This document shows, piece after piece, positions 51,101 through 63,140 of a stretch of 64,000 bases of DNA. The stretch covers positions 248,001 through 312,000 of the forward strand of contig NW_026857083.1 of the NCBI RefSeq assembly GCF_026571515.1, written 5' to 3'. Source of the DNA: Ruditapes philippinarum (lineage: Eukaryota). Position 1 is the stretch's first letter, and each line of letters begins with the position of its first letter. The position numbers and the translations under genes were made by a program. The notes beneath the pieces are model-generated. The model had not been told where the DNA came from. It ran no database searches and saw only the letters and a program-made list of their open reading frames with translations.

Positions 51101-51813
51101 AACTATTCATTAAATTTGGAAAAGGAAGCTAACGCTATAGTCTGTAATAGACATGAAAACAGGCCATTCAAGTACCAGATCAAGATCAAAAGGATCAAAA
51201 TTAAAAACTCAATTATTTTCCATTCATTATCATCATAGGTTAAATATTAAATATTAACTTGATAAGAATTGACACAAAACAGCATGCTTACGAAATTTTA
51301 GAATAAATCTATTGTTACTTGATAGGCTATGGGCATTTTACAGCTGAACCAAATATTGATCTTGATCCTAATTTCGATGCTTATTTTGATCCGGTTATTT
51401 TTGGACTTGCATTGTTATTCCTCAAATTTATCCCAAATCAGAAGTGTTTCTTTGCAAATCAGTATTTGTTGAACATTTAGTTAATGTGCCATTTAATGTC
51501 ACAAAAATACGATCACATATCACCTAGATTCACAAAGAAAATGAAACATTTGATCCTGATCCTGATCTCTTCAAAGTGGACACGGGTACTGACATCTTTG
51601 TTGATGTTATTCTCGTTTTAAATATTTCATTAAGATTTCACATTAATTGGTTTAATGATTATAATGTGTATTTGAAAGTGACAGACACAAAAGCAAAATA
51701 TAAACTAAACTTTGTGATTGAAAAACTGTATTTTTTAACAAACCAAAGAAATGACTTACCAACGATACGCCATTCAATCCTAATATAATAAAAATTGACA
51801 ATACAGTCTTCAT
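48157..51813 (-). CDS. Secreted tandem two-domain prokineticin/astakine/colipase-like Cys-rich protein, copy B (216 aa)
   Basis: Exons 51813-51760 (signal MKTVLSIFIILGLNGVSL), 51086-50900, 50328-50212, 49808-49650, 48714-48594 and 48169-48157 (KCVI*), 651 nt. 20 Cys in two 10-Cys domains. AATAAA about 50 nt after the stop. Confidence 0.88.
48865..49048. mobile_element. CpG-rich MITE-like insertion in copy B intron 4
   Basis: Imperfect inverted ends TCGCAACTTTCCGGCCCT / AGGGACGAAAAGTTGCGA. Related remnants occur in the matching intron of copy A (about 44840-44950). Confidence 0.5.
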
Positions 51814-52064
51814 TGTTTTTGTTGTCCTGTATCTTACTTTTAGTTTCAGCCTTGTACCTTACCAAATCGTGATCTTATCTCGGCGATAAGGAAATTAATT
51901 GCTAGGTCAATGACAATGTAAAGGATTATTTCTACGTGAGATATGTCGAGTACATGTACGTTGTTTGTTACTGTACATTTTTAAATATACTAGTAACATG
52001 TTGAAATGTTTGCAGTATTTTCTCCCAATTTTGTTTCAGCTTGTTGGTAGAGATGTCTGTGTCA

Positions 52065-54125
52065 TCGGTTAATAAATCCTAGAAAGTAAATGCAGGGTCT
52101 TTGTTATCGATAAATTAGTCCTAAAATTAGAAAGTGGTTGCGAGGTCTATGTCATCGATAAATAAGTTCTAGAATAAGAAAGTAGTTGCGTGATCTGTTT
52201 CATCGGTAAATAAGTTCTAGAATAAGAAAGTAGTTGCGGGATCTGTTTCATCGATAAATAAGTTCTAGAATAAGAAAGTGGTTGCGAGGTCTGTGTCATC
52301 GATAAATAAGTTATAGAATAAGAAAGTAGTTGCGGGTTCTGTTTCATCGATAAATAATTTCTAGAATAAGAAAGTAGTTGCGGGATCTGTTTCATCGATA
52401 AATAAGTTCTAGAATAAGAAAGTAGTTGCGGGTTCTGTTTCATCGATAAATAAGTTCTAGAATAAGAAAGTAGTTGCGGGATCTGTGTCATCGATAAATA
52501 AGTTCTAGAATAAGAAAGTGGTTGCGGGTTCTGTTTCATCGATAAATAAGTTCTAGAATAAGGAAGTGGATGCGAGGTCTGTGTCATCTATAAATAAGTC
52601 CTAGAATTAGAAAGAGGTTGCAGGGTCTGTGTCATCGATAAATAAGTCCTAGAATTAGAAAGTGGTTGCGAGGTCTGTGTCATCTATAAATAAGTCCTAG
52701 AATTAGAAAGAGGTTGCAGGGTCTGTGTCATCGATAAATAAGTCCTAGAATAAGGAAGTGGTTGCGAGGTCTGTGTCATCTATAAATTAGTCCTAGAATA
52801 AGGAAGTGGTTGCGAGGTCTGTGCCGTCGATAAATTAGTCCTAGAATAAGAAAGTGGTTGCGAGGTCAGTGCCGTCGATAAATTAGTCCTAGAATTAGAA
52901 AGTAGTTGCAGGGTCTGTGCCGTCGATAAATTAGTCCTAGAATTAGAAAGTAGTTGCAGGGTCTGTGCCGTCGATAAATTAGTCCTAGAATAAGGAAGTG
53001 GTTGCGAGGTCTGTGTCATCTATAAATTAGTCCTAGAATAAGGAAGTGGTTGCGAGGTCTGTGCAGTCGATAAATTAGTCCTAGAATAAGAAAGTGGTTG
53101 CGAGGTCAGTGCCGCCGATAAATTAGTCCTAGAATTAGAAAGTAGTTGCAGGGTCTGTGCCGTCGATAAATTAGTCCTAGAATTAGAAAGTAGTTGCAGG
53201 GTCTGTGCCGTCGATAAATTAGTCCTAGAATTAGAAAGTAGTTGCAGGGTCTGTGCCGTCGATAAATTAGTCCTAGAATAAGAAAGTGGTTGCGGGGTAT
53301 GTGTCATCGATAAATAAGTCCTACAATATGAAAGAGGTTGCAAGGTTTGTGCCGTCGATAAATAAGTCCTAGAATTAGAAAGTGGTTGCGGGGTCTGTGA
53401 CGTCAAAAAATAAGTCCTAGACTTAGAAAGTGGTTGCGGGATATGTGTCATTGATAAATAAGTCCTAGAGTATAAAAAAGGTTGTAAGGTCTGTGTCGTC
53501 GATAAATAAGTCCTAGACTTAGAAAGTGGTTGTTGGGTATGTGTTATATCAATTAATAAGTCCTAGATTATGACAGAGGTTGTAAGGTCTGTCCCGTCGA
53601 TAAATAGGTCCTAGAATTAGAAAGTGGTTGTTGGGTATGGGTCATCGGTAAATAAATCATAGACTTAGAAAGTGGTTGCGAGGTCTGTGTCATCGATAAA
53701 TAAGTCCTACTAGTCATTACTAGTCTTATTTTGCTTTTCTTTAAATAATTGATATATATTATATTTATTTATTCATTTTCGATGCAAGTTGTAACACATC
53801 AGCCTTCTTAGTCAACAAACGACAATTTAGTTCGCCTTATTTAGCACATATATTTATTGTACATTGGGAAAAGACTTCAATAAGCATTAGGTTGCTTCCA
53901 GTCTAATCCTTTTCTTGTTTTGATTGTAAATATCATGTATGTAAATATGCTTATGTGAGGAATAAAATATGTTTAAACCAAATAAGTCCTAGAACTAGAA
54001 AGTGGTTGCAGAGTATGAGTCATTGGTCAATAAGTCATAGACTTAGAAAGTGGTTGCGTCGTCTGTGTCATCGATAAATAAGTCTTAGCATTAGAAAGCT
54101 GTTGCAGGATCTGTGTCATCAATAA
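52065..54125. repeat. 48-bp minisatellite (over 30 copies) with sub-arrays and a higher-order duplication, interrupted at 53710-53979
   Basis: Unit tcctagaattagaaagtagttgcagggtctgtgccgtcgataaattag and its variants. Confidence 0.95.
53710..53979 (+). mobile_element. Retroelement 3' end inserted into the 48-bp array
   Basis: Unique AT-rich insert ending GAATAAAATATGTTTAAACC, flanked by duplicated AAATAAGTCCTA (apparent 12-bp TSD). Confidence 0.6.
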
Positions 54126-54750
54126 TTAAGTTAGTATCTATGTTGTTTTTTGTGGTTGGTTGGTTGGTTTTACGCGAATTTTAATGGTTTACACATTTTG
54201 GTCATTTCTCGGTGGTCGAATAACACTATCGGCTTTTCTAACTTACAAGTAACGGAAGTGACTGGCTACTAATCCCACACGATTTCTGAATCAGACAGGA
54301 ATGGCCTTGTTTTCGAGACCAATTTTATATTTCGCATCGCCTGATGATCGAACCAACGATCTATGGTCTCCCTCTTGAGCTTAGCGGGCGGACTTATAGC
54401 TAGGGTAAGGACGGGTAAGATTAACTTTTATTAACAGACGCTTTATTGTTATACGCTTTATTGTTAAGCTTATTTTAAAGATAAGGTAAGATCATGGAAA
54501 GTCAGGCAATACAAAATAAGGCAAGGCGTAGCGAGGCCAGTAAAAGTAAGTTAGTAAGAAAGTTGAAATTATTATTAAGACCAGAAAATGTTTTAGAAAA
54601 TACTTTTTAGTAGATTTATAGTAGATCCATTGAATTTTAGATGCTTAATTCAAGCCAGATTCTAGTAAAATGCAATATTTACATTTGACTGAAAGTCAAA
54701 TTAAGGAATGCTCATTAAAGAGGAATCCTCTGTTCATATGAATAAAATAT

Positions 54751-54986
54751 TAGCCGCGTCATGACAAAACCAACATAATGGGTTTGCGACCAGCATGGAT
54801 CCAGACCAGCCTGCGCCTCCGCGCAGTCTGATCAGGATCCATGCTGTTCGCTATCAGTTTCTCTACTTGTTATAGAGTTTGTAAGCGAACAGCATGGATC
54901 CTGATCAGACTGCGCGGATGCGCAGGCTGGTCTGGACCCAAGCTGGTCGCAAACGCACTATGTTGGTTTTATCATAACGCGGCTCA
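54751..54986. mobile_element. Palindromic (fold-back) MITE, full-length copy
   Basis: AGCCGCGTCATGACAAAACCAACATA ... TATGTTGGTTTTATCATAACGCGGCT, with arms of about 100 bp. Confidence 0.85.
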
Positions 54987-56275
54987 TATATTTTTTAATT
55001 GTTATTTGACTCTGTAACGTATTTTATGTAAAACATCAATTGCAAAGATTTTAAGCATGCCATATAGTAGTGTTTAAGCGGTTGTAAGCTTAAATATTCG
55101 AGACTATGTAATCGTAAGAAATATGTCCTGTTTAGCTGGTGCTAGGGGCGTGGACGGTAGTTTGCACTTGACAGTACCGTCCATGAACAGACTCAATCAA
55201 ACCGAGCCTGCAATATTTTCAATTTTGTTGTTCTGGGCTTTCTTTAGGGATTCTTATTTTCTCTATTTTGTTACAGAATATGATTAATATTAAAATCCTG
55301 ATGGTATTATAGTAAATCCTGATGGTATTATAGTATGAACTTAGACTGAATTGGTTAGCAAGGTTTATGAAAAAAAGCCATGAAAGCAAACAATAGTTTT
55401 AGCCAATACTGTACACATTTTAGTAAAATATATTGGACAAGTAATTTGTTTATATACTTTAGTACTTTAATTTTTACTGCACTAATGAGTAGTCAATATT
55501 GGAATAAAAATAAACCCCCAGGAAATTATCTCAAATATTTATTTGAATAAATTTCTTGTCACAAACTAAAAACAATTTTTTTTTTTAATTTTCTTGTACA
55601 TTCGGGAGAAACCTATCTCATTTACTCGTGTTCTGTCTGTTTTCAAGAATATTTATAATAAGAAAACAAAAAAGGACTGCATAAAGCATATCTTTTGAAG
55701 AAATAAGAACGAAATATTGACTTTTTTATTTCACATGTTTTATACACATATAAAATGCGAAATACATAGAAATCTTGAACATCAATGGTTAGAAAAACTA
55801 TAATATTAATGCTCAAGCAAACAACAGCTTGCCCCTGACAGGGTTTTTCTTCTTTCGCGTTTTTATGTTGATTTCCTCTAAACAAACGGCACTGTGACGT
55901 CGACGTTAATTTTTTTTTCAAATACGGGAAAAGACACTAAAAAGATGCAAAAATGTGGAATAGCTGTTTTGGTAGATTCTTATCAATTACAGCTCTTTAT
56001 TGTTTTAGTTTTAGGCAATAGCTAAAAAAGATGTTGATATTTTCTTTTTGTATATTCTGTGTAGAAGAAAGATTTACGATGTAAATGAAATATTAATAGT
56101 TGTATATTTTGTTAAAATATTCACAGAGATTTTAAATCCAAGATAGGTTCATATGTCTAATTTTGTCTGCAAAACATAATCTTAGGTTCATATGTCTAAT
56201 TTTGTCTGCAAAACATTATCTGAAGCTTTGTTTTTCACAAATTATATAAGTTACAAGACTACACGCTGCTAGTTC

Positions 56276-58656
56276 TTAAAGTATTATTTTCGGAATAATC
56301 TTTTTAATGTGAATCACCCTCGGAGTGTAATGTTTCGCAAAAATGTCAAACCAAAATTTTGAAGTGAATGCGTACTTCCGTTTAGCTCTCAGTTCTCTTC
56401 GACTTTCAAATTCTGCGCATGCGCGCTTTGTTAGATATGGTTGCAATGAATCTCTCTCGGAGCATTCCTTCAATGTTCCTTTCTTGTTAAGTAGCTGGGG
56501 ATTTATAGAGTCTGTGAAATATTGCGTGTTAGGAACATAAACAGCGTCTTCGTCGTCCTCTTCCCGGTCACCTTTATAGAAATAAGGCGAGTTCGATTTG
56601 GCGTTTATGTGTTTCTTGCGCATGTCTGTTCCGTTGAGATTGTTATATTCTATGTAGATTCGCGTAATGTGTCCATCGCCACTGGCATCAAAGGCTTTTA
56701 AATCACCGTCAACAATTTCCATTCGCTTTAGTAAAAGTTTAAAGAAAGGGTGTTTTGGTCTACACAGCATTACAGAAGTGCTTAGAATTAAATCAAAATT
56801 GTAGAGAACGGAACTGTGTTCAAATGGTATTGGTGGAATTATGCAACCGTACTTTTTAGTGGCAATGTCTAAAGACCGTAAGTTGTCAACATCAAGATCC
56901 GCTGTGACTCCACCGTATTCGTACAAAGCCACGTGTCGTATCATATTCGATCTTTTTTCGTCGTTGTCGGGACTACCAGTCCAGCTGTCAAAGCTTAGCA
57001 GCAATTCCGGATGTGTCTTTTCTATGAGCTTTCGTCCGGAATCAAACGTATAAAATCTGAATTCCCATTCTGGGTTATTTATGTAGAATGACCTCGGATA
57101 ATGAGCAAACCCGTATGGTATGGTGGCGTTTCTAAACACCACGTGAATTATGTGTGGTATTTTAGTACTGCTAAAAATATCGGTTGGGAACTCAACTTCT
57201 GTGTTAGGCTGGTACACAAGATGTTTATCGACAGTGTTAGCAAGTGGCTTTGGTTCTGAATTCTCGTCTGCATCCATCCTAGGATGCATTTCTTTCTCAA
57301 ACTCGTCATCTGGAAATATAGGAGTGAAATTATGTGATAACAGAATATTCGAATGTAAAATATTTGATGATAATTAGTTGAAACAGAGTGGTAGTTATTA
57401 TTTTATTTAAAAAACGGTTTGGTTAAAATGTAAAATAATTTAATAATCGCATGGTGTAAAAAATGCTGATAAAGAATCAGCCCTCCTTGATTTGATAATT
57501 GTTTAGTGTAAAAGCAAGAACGATAATTGCTGCCCTCAATGATTTGAATATGTAATGTTTGTTGTAAAAGAGTAACAAAAACTATCCTCATTGATTTTGT
57601 AGTCGTACCGTATAAAAGAATAATCAACAAGAGCTGGCCGTAGGACAGCGTGCTCAATATTTTCAGTACTTGATGGTAAAACAAGAGCCTTGATAATGAA
57701 GAATTTTCTGTGTTCAAAAAGAGCAAAAAATTCTGTCAAAATCCCATGTTCGAGTTATGGGCCTTGGACATTGACCTATTTTGCTATCAAATAAATGCGT
57801 GAGGTTTCAATTCATTCCCTTTAGCGGTCTTTAAAATACCAACTTGCACGCAAAAAATCGAAGTGTGACGCTGACGCGGCACCTGGGTGATATAAAACCC
57901 TTTCTATTCTAAGACATTGACACACGGTTTATCAAAGCCATAGTTAAGGTCCTAGAAGATATAATTCAACTAATTTTCTTTCCTAGTTCTCGGAACTCGA
58001 TGTTTAAATTGCGTCTCGCATGAAATTAAAGTTAAAGAAAGATACAGACTACTTTTTGTACCCTAAATTATTTCCTCTTATGTACATCAACAGATAACTT
58101 CTTTAAACAGTTATTTCACATCTTTGCTTTAAAGCTGCATGCATTCAGATGAGCCATAATATTTTAAGAAATTAATCTTAAAAAAATGTAATAAGATTTT
58201 AAGAAAAGTAAATAGTTTTAAGGTTCTTGTAATAATTAACATGTTATGTACGATTAATGACTGATTTTGCAGCGTTTATCACCATATTTCTACTGCGTTA
58301 CTAACGCAGTAATGACTATTTTAGCTCATTTTGACCTCTTTTTGTAATTTACTTGGATTGCAAGTGCTGTTTGCAATGTGTAAATTATTTTTTTTTGTTC
58401 ACTTCACAATATCTAACTTTTAAACACATTTTTAAAATGTTCATGAAAATAAGCATGAATCTGCAGGGAGGCAAGCTGCTTTAAATAATCTTTAATGGAA
58501 CATTCTGTTGAATTTATAAGTACTATAAATAGCATACTCACCAATGTTTTCCATCAACTCTTCTATCTTGAAATATTGGTATACATAATAAATACACAAA
58601 CAACTTATCAGGCAAAATAAAATCACGTTCTGAGTTGCGACTCTTCGTATATTCAT
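56276..58656 (-). CDS. GT32-like (DxD) type-II membrane glycosyltransferase, copy 3, about 382 aa
   Basis: Exon 58656-58542 (MNIRRVATQNVILFCLISCLCIYYVYQYF..., phase 1) joined to exon 57309-56276. Motifs KIPHIIHVVF, NPEWEFRFY, ALYEYGGVTADLD, PKHPFF. Confidence 0.85.
58133..58480. mobile_element. Kolobok-like TTAA MITE in the GT copy 3 intron
   Basis: TTAA|AGCTGCATGC ... GCTGCT|TTAA; central palindrome at 58291-58311. Confidence 0.75.
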
Positions 58657-59716
58657 ATTTGATTTATTTTTTGAAACAACAAATGGAATCGGATACATAA
58701 ATATTTGGAAAAAATATATATATCAAAATGACGTTTTTATATAGTTTCCTTTCTAAAAATGTTTTACGTTAAATTACATTTCCAATTTAAGTAAATTAAG
58801 TAATTGATATTGAATATAAAAAAGCTAGCGATATCATACATGTACAAAACCGCAGCTACGAAATTTATTATTTCATTTCCGTAAATCTGTCAAACCATTC
58901 GTTTTCATTAACTTTAAACAGATAAATTTTATTGAATCTAATAAAATAAAAGAAAAAAATAAGTGGCAATTAAAAAAGCGTATCTCTACATATACATGTA
59001 CATATTTTACCTTTATTTCTTAAGTGTGCCGTACAGGAAAATGAGAGAGCTCATTCAAATGTTTCGAATATGAAATATTTCATAAATTTGAAACCTCCTT
59101 AAATTATACGCCTTTTAATGTGATCGTGTACATAATACACAAGTACATGTAATTAAGACTGCATTAAAAGGTATATAAATCAAATCTTTACAATTTAATT
59201 ACACGTGTACAAACAGCACACAACTTTTTATAATATATGTGTACTTGTAGATATGGTGTACAAACACAATTTGCATCAAGTACATTCTCAATAAACAAAA
59301 TAAATTATATGTTATATAATTATAAATCGTGTATTTTTTTTTTAATTTGCAATTTAACCTCAACGTCAACATCGCATAGCCATTGGCCATGTTTTCTGTT
59401 CTATAATTCTGTCTTACCCTAGATAACCATGAAGTATCATGTTTCACGTGAATCCTGGGTGGCTCAGATTAATGCACTTGTGTTGCCATCTGCTGGCGTA
59501 ACTCGCCTTATTTTAATGTCCACTGGCTTATGAACATTATCAAAATTATGGATTTCTTTTTGATTTTTTAAAATCTTTTTTGCAAAGCGTTATCAATCTA
59601 CATATATTTTCTTCTGTTAAGTTTTCGTCACAGTTTTATCTTAAATTGTTATTTTTCTCAACAATATTTTAAATGATTCTGGAAATGTGCCCAGACCAAT
59701 CCACTTTTACCATTAA

Positions 59717-59925
59717 CCCCTAAAGGCTGAAAGTGATTGCCCGTTTCTACTTGTATCGAGTCACACCAGCTTACACATCTATGCAGTCTGACCAGTCTGG
59801 CCTATTTGTAGCTTATTTTTTGTACATTATGTTGGTACTTTGATTTTGAAACCCTTAAACTTTAAACGAACTGATCCAAATTCAAAGCACGGCTAATCTA
59901 TAAGAAAAATTCAGCAAGAGAAGGG
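59717..59925. mobile_element. TTAA-type (piggyBac-like) MITE, degenerate
   Basis: TTAA|CCC...GCTGAA ... TTCAGC......GGG|TTAA. Confidence 0.55.
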
Positions 59926-60946
59926 TTAAAACAAAGATTTGCTTGAAAATAAACAGTGGACGCTCACCAACCAGACAAGCTCTGTAAATATAAAATTATA
60001 TAAAATAAAATATAATAATTTGAAATAACGGTTACTTCATGCGATGGTGACATTGAGAATTTGCATAAAAATGAGTAAATCAAACAACAAGATATTAAGC
60101 ACCCATATACTCACGACAAAAATAATGAAGTTGTATAAGAGACGAGCTTCACTTTGTAACCGCTTGTAATGCTTTTACTAGTCAACGCAGCATTTTATAT
60201 AATGAAATGAAAGACAGGAATTTGAACTTTGAAGAAAATGTCTGAGATAACCAAATTCATTTGGTTATTGAGCAATGAAGATGAAATGATCGTAAAACAA
60301 TTTGCAGATTTTGTTCTTACTCAGACACTTAGAAACTTATTTTAAAATTAAACTGAGAAATAATACCAAAAAATGTAAATTAATGTAACTCGGTATTTAA
60401 GAGACATGTGTATTGTACAATGTAAGTCTCCTTGAATTTAAATTGCTACCACCTACTGTATATTTTGGTTAGTTAAGTTGCAGAATGTTTCTCTATAGTA
60501 GAGCTAGTTTACAGGCATACTCTTTATCTTTTTGTAAAGACTTGAATGTAATTTAAAAGAATACTTAAAATAAGATACAACAATACAGTTATTGTGTATT
60601 TAAGTATCATTATTTGTTTAATATTTAAGTCTAGTTAGCAAAACTCCGTTAATTATTTTTCCAGTTCATTGTTATTGCTTATATTACGGATCAAGTTTTA
60701 TTTGATCTTTGATTTCATTATAATTGTGATTTATATGTCATTAAACAGAACCCTTGATTGGAAATAAAAGTTAATCTATCTATTCTATTCTCATAGACCT
60801 AGAAATAAAGTGTAACAATTGATTAATTATTTAATTAAGCACTTTACTGTAAGATTTCAAGATTTATTGAAATAAACAGACAAGCCACACAAACACGAAC
60901 AATCAGTAATTAATTTTTGTTGCATACGTTTCGGCTATATGCCCTT

Positions 60947-62352
60947 TTTTAAGATTTATTGAACACTGTCATTGTTCATAAGAACATATGACATAAAATA
61001 CCAAATTGTGAACATGTAACAACCGGGACACAGACAGAAAAATATACATATATAGAAACAGGAGAATGAGTGACAATTATATTGTACCCGTAAAATAAAA
61101 TAAAGATATGACTAGATTCTTAATGATAGCCGAAATTTATGCTTCATTTACAAAATTCTAGGAGAGACTAATGATACAATATTATACTTATTATTTGCAT
61201 GTTGTAATTATTTCTTAACAAAAGCAAGTTTTTTAATGTGATTTGTTTTTCTATACATAAGATCTTCAAATTTCAATGCATTAGGATACCTATAATAATA
61301 CGGTTTATTAAATTTACGTCTACTATTAACAAAATGTGAACAATAAAAGAGATAGTGAAATTCGTCACAAAGTTGGTTTGACTCACATAGAGTAAAATAT
61401 ACATAAGTTTCTCTCTATATTTAGGAATCTACCTTTCTCTTCTGGCATTTTATGATTCGTACATTTAAATTTTAACAGAGCTGAAGACAGTTGCCAAGGC
61501 AGTATGAATATATTAAAATAATCTTCGAATACAAACTCTGCTTTATATAAAGGGTAGTTTAAACATTTGCTTTAATATGCGACATCACTGTTCGAACTTT
61601 GAATGAACTAATCTCGGAGTTTGTACATAAGAAATATTTTGAAATCAATCGTACTAAGTACAGATTGACTTAACCAAATTTGATGATTTCAAGATTTCAA
61701 GTTTTTATTCAATACTGTCATGGTTTATAAGAACATGTGACATAAAATAAAAAAATTGGGAACATGTAACAAGCCGGACACAGAAAAAATATACATAAAA
61801 ATATACATAAAACAGGAGAATGAGTGACAATTGAATTGTACCCATAAAAATAAAATAAAGATATGACTAGATTCTCAACAATAACCGAAATTTATGATTC
61901 AGTAACAAATTTGTAGGAGACTAATGAAACAACATTATACTTATTATTTGCTTGTTGTACTTATTTCTTTACAAAATAAAGCAAGGTTTTTTTTAAATGT
62001 GACTTGTTTTTACTATTCATAATATCTTCAAATTTCAATGCATTAAGATACCTATAATAATACTGTTTAATAAATTTACGTTTACTAAATTACTATTTAC
62101 AAAATGTGAACAATAAAAAAGATAGTGAAATTCGTCACCCAGTTGGTTTGACTCCAGAAGTACATATACGTAAATTCTCTCTACGTACTGTATATTTAGG
62201 AATTTCCTTTCTCAGTTGGCATTTTATGATTCATGCATCTAAATTTTAACAAGCCTGAAGACAGTTTCCAATGAAGTATGTTAAAATTAATCTTCGAATA
62301 AAAACTCTGGTTTATATAAACGGTAGTTTAAACATTTGCTTTAATATTGGAC
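60947..62352 (-). mobile_element. Two tandem 5'-truncated non-LTR retrotransposon 3' ends (about 60947-61585 and 61685-62352)
   Basis: Minus strand gives a degenerate ORF2 C-terminus (LLKFKCTNHKMPEEKGRF..C...DEFHYLFYC..F..SR..KPYYYRYPN), then a 3'UTR, AATAAA and a (CTTGAAAT)n-like tail. Confidence 0.8.
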
Positions 62353-62354
62353 AT

Positions 62355-63140
62355 GGGTTTGCCTAAAATACGAAAGTGAGATTTTTGACGAAAGTGAGCG
62401 AAAGTGAGCGAAAGTGACTTTTAAAATATTAATTGTAACCTTTTAATAGACTTTTACAGTAAAATTGCAGTTTGTAGACGTATATTATTAGAAATTTCTT
62501 ATATTTATTATAAAAAATAATCATAATGATGATTTATTCGGTTTTTATTTGCATAATTTATATACACAAATTCTTATATCTTCCTTTCGCTTACTTTGAA
62601 AAATACGAAAGTGACTTATAAAATATACTGTTAAATTGAAATTATTTTTTACTAATATTGCACAAAGTGGACGTATAATATCAGAAAATGATAATATTTA
62701 CTTTCAAAGATAATCATTATGATGATTTAATCGCCATTTATTTTACATAATCTCTATACACATGTTATATACAGTTAACAGAGATCTTCCTTTCGCTCGC
62801 ATTGAAAAATACGAAAGTGGCTTACAAAATATCAAATATACTGTTTAAATTGAATTTATTACTAAAATTGCAATTAAAAATTTGTAGACGTATAATATCA
62901 GAAGTCAATTATATTTATTTTTGAAAATAATCATTATGATGATTTAACCGCCCTTTATTTGCATTACCAAGTTAAAAGATCTTCCTTTCCCTCACATTGA
63001 AAAATACGAAAGTGACTTCAAAAATTCAAATATAGCGCTGAAAGACGCATGTTTTCAGAAATGAATAAAATATATTTAAAAAAAATCATTATAATGATTT
63101 AATATCCATGTATTTTCATAATTGCTGTATACCTGTTCTG
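62355..63140 (+). mobile_element. DNA-transposon-like terminus with CGAAAGTGA sub-terminal repeats and tandem units of about 200 bp
   Basis: GGGTTTGCCTAAAATACGAAAGTGA start, (gcgaaagtga)n, then aaaatacgaaagtg recurring at about 62600, 62805 and 63000. Confidence 0.55.

Noticed and set aside
52147-53451. Ser/Thr/Gln-rich mucin-like ORFs with a 16-aa repeat
   Set aside because: Translation of the 48-bp minisatellite; interrupted by in-frame stops and lacking exon borders.
46275-54125. CRISPR-like arrays
   Set aside because: Head-to-tail repeats without unique spacers, eukaryotic context, and no cas genes.
33972-57377. Plus-strand ORFs overlapping the GT32 exons (e.g. 33972-34358, 38324-38719, 56841-57053)
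   Set aside because: Antisense shadows of real coding exons.
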